A stretch of 63,703 bases of DNA, the filler included, from Octopus bimaculoides (lineage: Eukaryota), in NCBI RefSeq assembly GCF_001194135.2. It is 8 parts of 8 records of this genome, joined end to end, with 100 filler letters (N's around TTAATTAATTAA, not from the genome) between each part and the next. Parts side by side here need not be neighbours in the genome. Positions count along the whole stretch, not along the records: positions 1 to 6,761 come from NC_068982.1; positions 6,862 to 13,696 come from NC_069007.1; 6 more parts are not named here. One strand, 5' to 3'. The position numbers and the translations under genes were made by a program. Of the stretch, positions 1 through 12,815 are shown piece after piece (position 1 is the stretch's first letter; each line of letters begins with the position of its first letter). The notes under the pieces are model-generated. The model made no database searches and was not told the origin of the DNA. It saw nothing but the letters and a program-made list of their open reading frames with translations.

Positions 1-108
1 TTTTTTCAAAACACTGTCTGGTTTAAAAAGCCACATCAGATGCCATGAAAGGGCTAAGGTGTAGGTGCAGGAGGTGGTCAAACTCTGTTTAAGGAGTAGA
101 CAACCACC
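1..108 (+). mobile_element. Probable LINE (RTE-like) 3' end with partial C2H2 finger
   Basis: FFKTLSGLKSHIRCHERAKV* (F-x5-L-x2-H-x3-H), then a short UTR and an (AT)/(AGAT)n tail. Truncated by the window edge. Confidence 0.45.
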
Positions 109-114
109 GTATAT

Positions 115-173
<59 letters not shown>

Positions 174-420
174 TAGATATATATACATAAACGTATACAC
201 AACCACACAGACTCACATACACACACACATATATCGTGTTGTTGCAATGGTGATGACCAATTTTGGGGAAAACAGTTTTAGATAGTATTTTTTTTTAATT
301 GTGCCTCTTGCATTGATTTAAAAAAGTCACTGTGGATAATTTATACAGATGTATTTCAGATTTTGATTGTATTAGCCATAATCTTCAGCTATATTCACAT
401 CCATGATCCTCCAATCTAAA

Positions 421-1140
421 GATCACATTAGACGTGTCTTAGTCTATGAGACTCATAAATGTGTCAATGCAAGCACAACAGCAAAGTCTCCTCAGAGAAT
501 TTATGGGGATGATGTAGTGAGTGAAATAAGTTAGAGGAAATGGATTTCTCACTTCAGACGTGGGGATTTGAGTTTGTAAGACGAGTCAAAATGAGGTCGT
601 TGAAAATAACTTGGTACCGAAGAGTCGGAAGCTGTTGTCACAGAAGATCCAACCCTTACTTGTAAATAACTTGCAGCACAGTTTAACGTAGCCCATACAA
701 CTACTCTACGCCAACTGTTGTTAGTTTTCAGTCATTACTTTCACGACACCTTAAGGAACTATTTTTAGGAAGGCTTGTTACAGGTGATGAGAAGTAGACC
801 CTTTCATATATCGTTAAATACCACTGATCGTGGATCAGTCGAGGAGGAATACCTGTTCAACTACCAGGAGGAGGAATTCATCCAAGGAAGATCATGTTGA
901 GTGTATTGTAAGATAGTGAAGGGATTATCTGTTACGAACTGTTAGATAACAATGCAACAATTACTGCTAATCTCTCCTGTGATCAACTTCATCGTTTGAA
1001 AGCTGCTTTGAACAAAAAGTGACATTGCTTAGTCAATAGAAAAAGTATCATATTTCACCATGACTGACGAAAGATCTCTTGGAAAAGCTTCATTCGCCAT
1101 ATTCTCCAGACCTAAGCAATGGACATTATGTTAACGAATA
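421..1140 (+). mobile_element. Degenerate mariner transposase
   Basis: HIRRVLVYE..RIYGDDVVSE..RKWISHFRRGDLSL (HTH region), LVTGDEK, IMLSVL.DSEGII.YELL, IIFHHD and HSPYSPDLS motifs, with several stops and frameshifts. Confidence 0.85.
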
Positions 1141-3698
1141 TTGTCGTGGGCTTTTTTCATTTTTAATAGAAACATGTATATATANNNNNNNNNNNNNNNN
1201 NNNNNNNNNNNNNNNNNNNNNNNNNNNNNNNNNNNNNNNNNNNNNNNNNNNNNNNNNNNNNNNNNNNNNNNNNNNNNNNNNNNNNNNNNNNNNNNATATA
1301 TATATATATATATAAATGTATGTGTATTTTTTCAATGTTTACAAATGACATGGAAAAATAAATAAATAGTTACCAGGGTAGCAAAAATTTACAAAAGTAC
1401 CAAGCATGTAAGCCTGCTTATAAAGGTAGAAACTCCAGGTTTTGATGAAATGTTTTTGATAAAACATAGATAAAACAATAAATGGAGTCATACGCAGGTG
1501 TTATTCAAATCTTTATACTTCTGACATATGATTCGAAGAAAACATTGGTATTATTTCAGAAGGAATAAAGTAATGTAAAACAATGCGATCTTCGCATCAG
1601 AGAAAAAAAAAGAGATACAAAACGCATCAGTACTACATTTTAACCGAAAGTGATTACTGCATATATGATGAAGGGAGTGTTAGTAAGTTATTTAAAAACA
1701 AAAACCTTAATAGATATACAGTCAAAGACGATTTACAGAAAGAGAAGGAAGATGTACAAAGAAATTAGCAGACAACTAAATGTGGAGAAACATAGTGTGT
1801 TAGGTGAGTAGGAATAAAGATTAAATGCGTGGAAATAGATATACTTAGTGGAAGTTAAATGTAAGAAGACAGTTAAAGATCGAATTTTATAGCATGATAG
1901 AAATTACTTATAGGAACGAAAGGTATGTTTTGCCAATGGTAAATCTTTTTGTTCGCTCTGTAACGATGAATTGTATTTCATCCTGCTCACAGAGAATCTT
2001 CTTGTAAACACGCTTAAAGAAGGCTTTGATGTTGAGCATTGAAGTTGTTGTTATTGATCCTTGTCTTAGAGACACTGCAAATCCACAACAGATTTATGTA
2101 ACTCTCTGGTCAATGAAGCGTTCAGCGTCATGAATTATGCTAATTTAAATTCTACATTCAAATCTGTAAATTTCATTGGTCAAATTGTAGCATTTGTTCG
2201 GAGTTTTACATTTTTATAGCATATTGTTAATGAAACGAGTTTTTCTCATTGCATTAAGATTCTACGATATTCATAATCTTTCAGCACGTGTGTTCCTTCT
2301 TCCCGAATAAAATATTTTTATTTGAACGACTCATTCCTCTCCCGCATTGATTTTCTCTCCTTCACATGCACATGCGCGCGCGCGCAAAAACACACTCTCT
2401 CTTTCATTTTCATGCTGGAATAAATTTATGAGAAGTGCATTTTAATGAAGATGTGATGTTTAGAAGCAATCCGTAGTTTGACATTTGGGAGAGAAACTGT
2501 TTCGCTCACGTATATACATACTGATATTCCATCCTTCATATAACATTTGTTAAGATATGTTGGGCAACCGAGCATCTTTCAGTTCTTGAAAGATTCATCA
2601 GTCTATATTTCTGCATCTGAAACAAACATATTTTCATAATTTATAATCGAAACGTTGACTTAAACTTCACCGTGTATTGAATGCTATTGAAAAACCTTAT
2701 GTTTTTATATACACAATATGTATACAATTGAAATTTTATAGACTACACTAGAAATTATGGGTAGTGCCATAACTGAACATTTTCTGTAAGAAAGAAAACA
2801 TGAAAGTATTACTTGAATTATATTCAACACTTTATGAATGATTCTGTCGAAACTGAAAGCAAATTTAAATTTGTGTCGTTATTTAACATACCATTCACAT
2901 TTACTGGCAGAGCGTTAGACACAGACGTATAACAAAGTATTTGGTAATTATCAGACTACTAATTGAAGAATCTCTTGGAAACAGAAAGAAAAGTATTTCC
3001 AAAGATATTATAATTAATACAATGTAACCAGTTTTACAGATAACCAATGTTACGTAATTCTTTTTCGACAACTATCAATGTACACTATTATTACAGCATT
3101 ATTTCAAAATTTCTGTGTTTTTAAATGTAGTAATAAAATACAATGTTTTCGTGTGAGCCGTATCTTTTGATATGTATGCATCATTAGAGTTGACGCGTAG
3201 GTGTAACTGCGATGTTCGGTTGATCTAATGACTATCTTTCTTTATTTCCATTAATTTGTGAATATATAATTCTTTTGAATAGTGCAAAAGAATACATGTT
3301 AACGCACACACATAGGCATAATTTCTTCCAGACTGGAATTAATACTACATCGAAATTGCAAAACAGCAGCCATTATAAGATGGTTTTGAAATAGAAGTAT
3401 ATTTNNNNNNNNNNNNNNNNNNNNNNNNNNNNNNNNNNNNNNNNNNNNNNNNNNNNNNNNNNNNNNNNNNNNNNNNNNNNNNNNNNNNNNNNNNNNNNNN
3501 NNNNNNNNNNNNNNNNNNNNNNNNNNNNNNNNNNNNNNNNNNNNNNNNNNNNNNNNNNNNNNNNNNNNNNNNNNNNNNNNNNNNNNNNNNNNNNNNNNNN
3601 NNNNNNNNNNNNNNNNNNNNNNNNNNNNNNNNNNNNNNNNNNNNNNNNNNNNNNNNNNNNNNNNNNNNNNNNNNNNNTATATATATTTATATATATAA

Positions 3699-3868
3699 TT
3701 AGCAGAGGTACCCGGCATTGCTCGGGATTGAAATGGCATAGTTTGTATATAATATATTGCGGTTATGTTGAAACAGGTGATACGGGAAAGTGCAGTATTG
3801 TACAACAAAACATTTGTGGAGTAAATGATGGGCTAATTCGACTAAGCAACATACTATGCGTCCGTTTG
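3699..3868 (-). mobile_element. Helitron-type non-autonomous element, 3' end (copy 1)
   Basis: Minus strand ends in hairpin CCCGAGCAATGCCGGG + TACCTCTG + CTAA|T. About 170 bp are homologous to 15697-15867. Confidence 0.65.
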
Positions 3869-3879
3869 GAGTATTTCAG

Positions 3880-4318
3880 ACCTTAACACTATGGAATAAC
3901 AACAGAAAAAAATTGTGTATGCACATCCCTGAAAAGGTTACACAAAATTTGAAAGCAACCATATTCTGTGATATGCCAATACACACAGATAGAGAAATCT
4001 AGGCTAACAGTACGGATATAGATGTCAGAGATCACCAAGAAAAAAATGCTTTTTAATCAATCTATCAGTACCAACAGATGACAATGTTTCTGTAGAAGAA
4101 ACGTAGAAACATTCAAAATACAAATATCTGTAAATAGAGCTAATTCGAATGTAGAGCCTAAAAATAGAAACAATTCCTATTATTGTTGGCGCATTAGGTA
4201 TGATAAAAAACACATTCAGACAAATACATAACGAAGACTCCAGTACTTAAAACTATATATAGCATACAGCAAATAGCACCACTAGGCACTGCGCACATAC
4301 CCAAGTCACACTGAGCTG
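3880..4318 (+). mobile_element. R4/Dong-type LINE, restriction-like endonuclease domain and 3' end
   Basis: HIPEKV..ATIFCDMPIHTDREI.ANSTDI..CFLINLSVPTDDNV..KHSKYKYL.IEL..ETIPIIVGALG..IQQIAPLGTAHI, with stops. Confidence 0.8.
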
Positions 4319-5250
4319 TCCAGGCGTTAGAGCTCTGTAAGATTCCAGATACTGATGTTAAAATTGTATAGGTCTGGGTGTTAATGGCTTCGATGGAAAT
4401 GCCAGGGTGTTAATTGCTTCGATGCGATATTTAGGGCTGTGTTCAATTTTTAGTATGAACTTTATCCTCCTGTAATATTCCTATCTTATTTTTTCTTCAT
4501 GATAGCATATTGTATACTGTCTCCTTCGTTAATTCCCAGGTATCTCTAATTTTCTTATGGGACAAGCTCTTTGATGGTAGTGTCGGTATCTAATTTAATG
4601 GGAGTTGTTTGCCTGAGCTTGCCTCTTAAAACAGTTGATTTAGCTTACTTATCAAGGTCAAAGTCCATCCCTATGTCATTACTGACTTCTTTAAAAGTTG
4701 TTAGCAGATCTACTAGAACTTCTTTTTTTCTAGCTTCAGATCGTCCATATAAAACAGATGGCTTATTCTCGTATTGTAAACTTTGAACACATACCTTGCA
4801 AGATGCCTCGTTTGATGTTGAGGCTGGTAGTTTGGCTCATCCCATTAGAAGGAGACGTGTGTAAGAATTTGGAGATGAAAGGAGAGATTTTCTATATCCC
4901 AAGAGGCCGTGAGTATCCAATTATGTGGGACACTATCAAATGCTTTCCTGTAGTCTATCCATGCCAAACTCAGGTTCTTTTTGCTCCGGCAATTCTCTAC
5001 AACCTTTTTTATTTATGAATAATTGATCTTTGCACCCATAAGAATTCCTTTTACAGCCTTATTAATCTTGTGGAAGGATAGATCTCTGTTCAAGGAAAGC
5101 GTATATTCTGTGAGTTAAAATGGAAGTGAAGATATTGTAGGTGGTATTGAGACTTGCTATTGGTCGGTAGTTCTTAGGATTTTTTTGCCTTCAGTTTTTG
5201 GTAGTTGGCATATTGTTTCTCCGGTCAACCAGGCAGGTATTTGCTCGTTT
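4319..5250 (-). mobile_element. R4/Dong-type LINE, degenerate reverse transcriptase
   Basis: NYRPIASLNTTY, NLSLAWIDYRKAFDSVPHNWI, HLFYMDDLKL and IEAINTLA..FNISIW motifs across frameshifts. Confidence 0.85.
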
Positions 5251-5374
5251 TATTGTTGTTGTTGTTGTTGTTGTTTTTGTTGGTGTTGTTATTGTTGTTT
5301 TTGTTGTTGTTGTTGTTTTTATTATTATAATTATTATTACCATGATTATGATCATGATGACTTTTAAACTTTGA

Positions 5375-5500
5375 CTCAAGGCCTGCAAGTTTCAGGCAAT
5401 TATAATGAAGCCAGTATACAACTGGTACTTGTTTTATCGCCCCTGAAGGATGAAATGCACAGTCAATTTGGTGGAATTTGAACTGAAAACTTACAGACAT
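5375..5500 (-). mobile_element. tRNA-derived SINE family A, partial
   Basis: Reverse complement matches the gttcaaattcc..tttcatcctt..gataaa..agtaccagttg core of the other family A copies. Confidence 0.55.
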
Positions 5501-6338
5501 AGATGTAATTTTGTGTGCAAGGTAGACAATTTGATTGCAGGGGACGCAATATATATGAGACAAGTTATTTATTCATATTTTTGAAAATTGGTGCAGTTGT
5601 GTGAAACTTATTATTATTTCGACAAAACTGGCACAATTCCATTCAATATTTCACCACATTTTATGGATGCCATTCCGAATCGGATTTAACTTTGTCATCA
5701 TCTCATTTATTATATTTGCACAAAATGTTATTTTCTTTTGTAAAATTAATCGTTAAAATAATTAATAGTCGATTGAATTGAAATCATGCAACTCTTGCAT
5801 TATTTGTTATTTGCTAAAGATTTATCGTTTTGCACTTAATATTTTCTACTAACGGTTGTTTCTTCTTATCACACCATCCATAAATAATATCATTCTAGGG
5901 CAAAATAGTCCATTAATCATCCTACCACCATATCTTTGAATTATTATGAGTATGAAATACAATAAACACAAGATTAATTCATTGGTTCTTTGGGGCAACA
6001 GATAACTAGATCTTCATACAATTAATTAAAGGATTTATTTCTAAAATTAATAACTAGACCAAAAGAAACGTGCTCAAAGAATTAAAGTTAAGAGAAATAT
6101 GTTCAGAGAAGTGATAAATTTATGAAGGTAATAAAAGGTGTGTTTATGTTACACTCACAAAAATATATTTTAAGTAATTGTCAAAATCGTTGCCACTGCT
6201 TCAGGATGTGGCAATCGTGGATCTCCAGGTGAGTACGTATATACCTACATACACTTATTCGTATCTATATTTGTGTATCTATGTATATATTAGGTCATAT
6301 ACATGAGTGTGCGCTTGTGTATACACATATATGTACTG

Positions 6339-6728
6339 CCGTAAGCGTGACTGTGTGGTAAGAAGCTTGCTTTCCTGCCACATGGCTCCGGGTTCATCCC
6401 CACCGATAGACACCTTAGGCAGGTGCCTTCTACTATAGCCTCGGGTTGACCAGTGATTTGTGAGTGGATTTGGTAGACGGAAAGTGAAAGTAGCCTGTCG
6501 TATATGTGTGTGTTTGCATGTTTGCGTGTGTGTGTATATATGTATTTATGTATGTACTTGTGGGTCTGTGTTTGTACCCCTACCACCCCTTGACAACTGA
6601 TGCTGCTGTAGTTACTTCCCCGTAAGCTAGTGGTTCAGCAAAATGGACCGATGGAATAAGTATTAGGCTTACAAAAGAATAAGTCCTGGGGTCGATATGT
6701 TCGACTAAAACAAGTAAAAGAATAAAAT
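6339..6728 (+). mobile_element. tRNA-derived SINE family B
   Basis: A-box-like ctgtgtggtaag, B-box-like ggttcatccc, internal microsatellite and aacaagtaaaag tail. Homologous to several other copies in the window. Confidence 0.8.
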
Positions 6729-6761
6729 AATGTGTGCATATAGGTATAGGTATATATATAT

Positions 6762-6861
6762 NNNNNNNNNNNNNNNNNNNNNNNNNNNNNNNNNNNNNNN
6801 NNNNNTTAATTAATTAANNNNNNNNNNNNNNNNNNNNNNNNNNNNNNNNNNNNNNNNNNNN
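6762..6861. other. Artificial assembly spacer (44 N + TTAATTAATTAA + 44 N)
   Basis: Exactly 100 bp, and the 12-mer gives stops in all six frames. Identical spacers at 13697-13796, 20696-20795, 33456-33555, 43186-43285, 58137-58236 and 62537-62636. Confidence 0.92.
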
Positions 6862-7068
6862 CTCCAGTCAACTGAGCTGGCAAAAATGTGTAGTACTTGT
6901 ATTTCAAAGGGCCAGCCTTGTCACACTCTGTGTCACGCTGAATCTCCCCGAGAACTACGTTAAGGGTGCACGTGTCTGTGGAGTGCTCAGCCACTTGCAC
7001 GTTAATTTTACGAGCAGGCTGTTCCGTTGATCGGATCAACTGGGACCCTCGTCGTCGTAACCGACAGA
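6862..7068 (+). repeat. Interspersed repeat fragment (probable third SINE family, 3' part)
   Basis: GC-richer non-coding block resembling an octopus SINE body from memory. Single copy in this window. Confidence 0.4.
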
Positions 7069-7089
7069 TTCTGTAATTGACATCATCCC

Positions 7090-7325
7090 GGAATCGGAGT
7101 TATTTTCGCTATGCTGTTTGTGAGGAAGTGCCGAAAAGGGTATCGCGAAAGGCTTGATTGGAGGCCCAACCTTCCGGGTTCTTTTACAGGGTTTATAAAA
7201 ACTGAAGGACCGCTGCAATAAGTGTGTGAATCTGAGAGGGGAATATGTTGAATAAAATTATAATTAACTGATTTTCTTGTATTTTCTTTTACCCAAAGCC
7301 AGAAAATTTTCAGCACCTCTTCGTA
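7090..7325 (+). mobile_element. mariner transposase C-terminus and right TIR remnant
   Basis: LEAQPSGFFY..KLKDRCNKCVNLRGEYVE* matches the mariner C-terminal FF..GI.KL..RW.KCV...G.Y.E pattern. Ends ..cagcacctcttcg|TA. Confidence 0.65.
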
Positions 7326-7635
7326 TATGGCGTTAACCATTTAATCCTCGTAAGCTTTGGTTCAGTTATCTTGATGATTTTCCAGAGGATTCCAAACCAA
7401 ACAGATGTACATTGGTATAGAAATGGAGCACATAAGTGGAATCTGCAATATAACTCTCATTGCCAAGCTCAAGAATATAAATGGCCAAGAATTTTTTACA
7501 AAATGGCCTCCCTCAATCTATGTTGGAATGAATAACTTAGGAATTAAAATTTTGAATGAGTCATCATATAATGTTGACACATCAATAACATGTATGAAGG
7601 GCATTGAGCTTAAAGTAGGGTCCTTTGCTATAGTC

Positions 7636-7856
7636 TTGTGAGTCAAGTAAAGCGTTGTGAGTGAACGAAAGTCTTATGAATCAACCAAAGGCTTGTGAGT
7701 CAACCAAAGCCTTGCAAGTTAACTGAAACCTTGTGAGTCAACTGAAACCTTGTGAGTCAACTGAAACCTTGTGAGTCAACTGTAACCTTGTGAGTCAACT
7801 GAAACCTTGTGTGTCAACCAAAGTCTTGTAAGTCAACTGAAACCTTGTGAGTCAAA
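7636..7856 (+). repeat. 19-bp minisatellite (ACTGAAACCTTGTGAGTCA), about 12 units
   Basis: TGAGTCA starts at 7639, 7696, 7734, 7753, 7772, 7791 and 7848. All spacings are multiples of 19. Confidence 0.9.
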
Positions 7857-8375
7857 TTTAGCAGGTGAAGACGGAGTGATGGAGACGGCCATCACAAGGT
7901 CCATTCTGTGGATGAAAACTAGATCTCTAACGGCCTAGTTTAACAACATTAGCAGCTCGTCAACTTTCAGTATGCTTAAGAAAGTTTACACTCTGTTGTA
8001 GGCAATACAACCATCTTTTCTGTCCGAAGTTAAGTTTCTTTCCTTTATTCCCCAAAAAAGCAATTGAAAATGATCATAGGTATATTCTCACTTCACCTTC
8101 TGACCGAGCTATGAAAACAAACAAACAAACATAGAAGATTCTTGTCCCGACCTTCAACCTGTTATTTACTAATTAAAAGCAATAATAATCGAAAACAGAC
8201 AATATTATTATAGAGACTGGAATATATTTTATTTTCACAGGCAACTTGTACAATAAATAGGATAATGAAAGCACAGAAATTCTTGATTGTCGAAACGTAG
8301 TAGTTGTAGCGTACAATTTCCAAACTATTTGAAAAAGCCGAATTTCGGCAAAACTTTAAAGTGACTTCCGTTATG

Positions 8376-8419
<44 letters not shown>

Positions 8420-8639
8420 CACGTATGTATATTATATATATANNNNNNNNNNNNNNNNNNNNNNNNNNNNNNNNNNNNNNNNNNATATATAGATATACGT
8501 ATGTGTGTTTATATGTTATACCTACTAATTGAAGAAAGAAAACTTAATAGTACACATGTAAAGTGTATAAATACATACATACATATATACATACATATAT
8601 ATATACATGTGTATATATATATATATGTATATATGTATG

Positions 8640-8698
<59 letters not shown>

Positions 8699-8792
8699 GA
8701 ATCGAAAGTACTATATCTCACAGTCATATCTCTATCTTCAATTGTCCTCAACATAAATTATATCTATGTATATACTGTGTATATATATATTG

Positions 8793-8823
<31 letters not shown>

Positions 8824-10141
8824 CGTGTGTGTGTATGTGTGTGTGTGTGCATAGATGTATGTGTGTGCGTGTGTATGTATCTAGTTCATCTCCCATGTTA
8901 ACTGTTGCCTCTGCGGCCCTTAGCGTATCCTAGACAGGGTTCACTCCGCTGCAAGCATTTCGGCAAAATTCCTGGTTTCTTTGTCTTCTTTTTCTTTTTT
9001 CCTGTTCTTCATTGTCGGAGGTGATGGGCGCCACCCTTCCCACCCTGATAATATTTTAAATAAGGATTACACACACAGAGACAAGATAAATAAATAAAAA
9101 ATAAAAGCATTTCTGTGGTTTCAGACTGGCTATTTCAAATTCGTGTCACGAAGTTATCGATTCGTTGAGCATATGTTTATNNNNNNNNNNNNNNNNNNNN
9201 NNNNNNNNNNNNNNNNNNNNNNNNNNNNNNNNNNNNNNNNNNNNNNNNNNNNNNNNNNNNNNNNNNNNNNNNNNNNNNNNNNNNNNNNNNNNNNNNNNNN
9301 NNNNNNNNNNNNNNNNNNNNNNNNNNNNNNNNNNNNNNNNNNNNNNNNNNNNNNNNNNNNNNNNNNNNNNNNNNNNNNNNNNNNNNNNNNNNNNNNNNNN
9401 NNNNNNNNNNNNNNNNNNNNNNNNNNNNNNNNNNNNNNNNNNNNNNNNNNNNNNNNNNNNNNNNNNNNNNNNNNNNNNNNNNNNNNNNNNNNNNNNNNNN
9501 NNNNNNNNNNNNNNNNNNNNNNNNNNNNNNNNNNNNNNNNNNNNNNNNNNNNNNNNNNNNNNNNNNNNNNNNNNNNNNNNNNNNNNNNNNNNNNNNNNNN
9601 NNNNNNNNNNNNNNNNNNNNNNNNNNNNNNNNNNNNNNNNNNNNNNNNNNNNNNNNNNNNNNNNNNNNNNNNNNNNNNNNNNNNNNNNNNNNNNNNNNNN
9701 NNNNNNNNNNNNNNNNNNNNNNNNNNNNNNNNNNNNNNNNNNNNNNNNNNNNNNNNNNNNNNNNNNNNNNNNNNNNNNNNNNNNNNNNNNNNNNNNNNNN
9801 NNNNNNNNNNNNNNNNNNNNNNNNNNNNNNNNNNNNNNNNNNNNNNNNNNNNNNNNNNNNNNNNNNNNNNNNNNNNNNNNNNNNNNNNNNNNNNNNNNNN
9901 NNNNNNNNNNNNNNNNNNNNNNNNNNNNNTACCTCAATCAAATGTAAAAGGCGGGGATCCTTGTGGAGATAACCGTGACGACAAAAGCGACCACAACGAA
10001 TACGATGATCATGACGAACGTGATGATGATGATGATGATGATGATGATGGTGACGACGACGACGACGACGATGACGACAACGATTTTGCTACGTTCTCCT
10101 ATTGACACTGGCCCAAAACTTTGTAAAGGAGATATGATGAC

Positions 10142-10194
<53 letters not shown>

Positions 10195-10840
10195 CAGACA
10201 ATTCTGTTAAGTTGACACTGGCCCAAAAATTTGTAAAGAAAGGATGCTGATGACGGCGAAGACGACGACGACGACGATGATGATGATGATGATGATNNNN
10301 NNNNNNNNNNNNNNNNNNNNNNNNNNNNNNNNNNNNNNNNNNNNNNNNNNNNNNNNNNNNNNNNNNNNNNNNNNNNNNNNNNNNNNNNNNNNNNNNNNNN
10401 NNNNNNNNNNNNNNNNNNNNNNNNNNNNNNNNNNNNNNNNNNNNNNNNNNNNNNNNNNNNNNNNNNNNNNNNNNNNNNNNNNNNNNNNNNNNNNNNNNNN
10501 NNNNNNNNNNNNNNNNNNNNNNNNNNNNNNNNNNNNNNNNNNNNNNNNNNNNNNNNNNNNNNNNNNNNNNNNNNNNNNNNNNNNNNNNNNNNNNNNNNNN
10601 NNNNNNNNNNNNNNNNNNNNNNNNNNNNNNNNNNNNNNNNNNNNNNNNNNNNNNNNNNNNNNNNNNNNNNNNNNNNNNNNNNNNNNNNNNNNNNNNNNNN
10701 NNNNNNNNNNNNNNNNNNNNNNNNNNNNNNNNNNNNNNNNNNNNNNNNNNNNNNNNNNNNNNNNNNNNNNNNNNNNNNNNNNNNNNNNNNNNNNNNNNNN
10801 NNNNNNNNNNNNNNNNNNNNNNNNNNNNNNNNNNNNNNNN

Positions 10841-11135
<295 letters not shown>

Positions 11136-11138
<3 letters not shown>

Positions 11139-11519
11139 CCGACAGCCACAGTTATTAACAATGATGTCTTTAAGGTTTGTTCGGATTACTTTGTTTTTAT
11201 TAGTCAAATAGAGTATTTGGAGAACGCTCTCATTGGTCGATGTGCAGCATGGGATATCATTGACGCTCAGACTAGACTGAAAACCGATATAAGTGTTTGG
11301 AAAACTATCGTCCATCATATCAATGGTACAATTGCCAGAGCAATAGTTAGCTTCAAATGATTTCGGATGTAATACCCATGCCCATTTCATCTTCGTGAAA
11401 TCCACTGTAAGCGGGTACAAACAGCAGCGGCCTAAAGGTTCTTTCGCGCTGCACTTGTAACTGGTCGTTCGTCTTTGACGGCCGTGTTTCTGACGGGAGA
11501 ATGTAATGTCCATCACCGG
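11136..11519 (-). CDS. MSTN-like: Myostatin/GDF11-like TGF-beta ligand, last coding exon (furin site plus mature cystine-knot domain)
   Basis: Acceptor ttcttttgtag|CCG at 11520/11519, in frame with the upstream exon. Translation [17 protein letters not shown]|[26 protein letters not shown]...PK...ANYCSGNC...PCCT...LY...CGCR*. Nine Cys at mature positions 6,15,16,43,47,74,75,107,109 versus 6,15,16,43,47,73,74,106,108 in vertebrate myostatin. Confidence 0.95.
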
Positions 11520-11711
11520 CTACAAAAGAAATCGAGAAGGAATAATATAAGTTATGGATACATACATACATACATACATACATAGTTTTAACTTCACAAC
11601 TAGTCACAGACGGGTGAAGAGTGTTGAGGATGTTATGACATATCTACAAATCATTATTTGATCTATCTTTCTTGAAATGGGATATTGCCTTAAAGAGTTT
11701 CGTACATATTT

Positions 11712-11955
11712 TTAAAGCCTGGTACTTATTCTATCGGTTCCTTTTGCCAAACTGCTGGGTCACGGGAACTTAAAGAAACCAACACTCGTTGTCAAGCAGC
11801 GGTGGGGGACAAACATGAACACAAAGACATCACATAAATACATAAATACATACATACATACATACATACATACATACATACATACATACATACACACGTA
11901 CATATAAGATGGATTTCCTTCAGTTTCCGTCTATCAAATCCACTGAAAAGGTTTT
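11712..11955 (-). mobile_element. SINE family B fragment in the last intron
   Basis: tacttattctatcggt..ggggacaaac..ttcagtttccgtct is shared with 42670-43049 and 59761-60170. Confidence 0.75.
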
Positions 11956-12049
11956 TCTAAGCCCCATAAAAGAACTCGGAAAGTTGGGCCTCCAGCCAGG
12001 CCTTTCGTGACACCATCAAAGCCAGGAACTTTTCAGCACCCCTCGTGTG

Positions 12050-12118
<69 letters not shown>

Positions 12119-12409
12119 GTGTATGATACTTTTGACAAAGAAGCCTCTTACTATAACCTCAGTCGCGAAACGAGCAGATTCCAAGAAAGTATTAGAGGTG
12201 CCTCCATTCCTACTTCCTACAAAATAATGAAGGCATCTTAATAGCTTTACATCTTTCGTTCACTAAACTTTAACTCAAACATATTCCTAATCTTAATAGA
12301 TGAGCAATTCCCTACTAGACATAGTTATAGGAAATTGTTGAGCAATATGGTATAAATTATACTCCATACGCCTATCATATTCACTGAAGCCGACTGCTCA
12401 TGGAGAAAC

Positions 12410-12458
<49 letters not shown>

Positions 12459-12815
12459 TATGCTCGCTGAAGGGCTCTTGCAATACAGTGTCTACCATAT
12501 ATGAAGAAGTTACATAAATAGACCCCAAACAACCCGAAATGTTCTATCAGTGTAGAGACATTCAAAATAAGATTTTATAGTCACACCGCTTCTTTCAGAA
12601 ACATAGATAAACACAGGGGAGAACATAAGTAGAGAGTTAGAAACAGGGAATGTTTAGTGTGCGGGAAACTGGTTGATAGATTGAGAGGAGAGAAAAACAG
12701 AGAAGTTAGTGAGGGAGGAAGAAAGGGGACATATAAAGAGTGTGTGGAAGCGATGAAGAAGAGATAAAGAGAAAAGGGGGTGATGGAGAATTAAATGGAA
12801 AACATGATTACTTAC

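Noticed and set aside
1060-1095. CTGACGA..GGAAA hammerhead-like match, and similar weak matches near 29110-29145, 32770-32795 and 42040-42065
   Set aside because: Stems I and III do not pair or several core bases are wrong. The first lies inside a mariner transposase remnant.
7636-7856. Possible CRISPR-like array
   Set aside because: Units are directly tandem with no unique spacers, there are no cas genes, and the context is eukaryotic.
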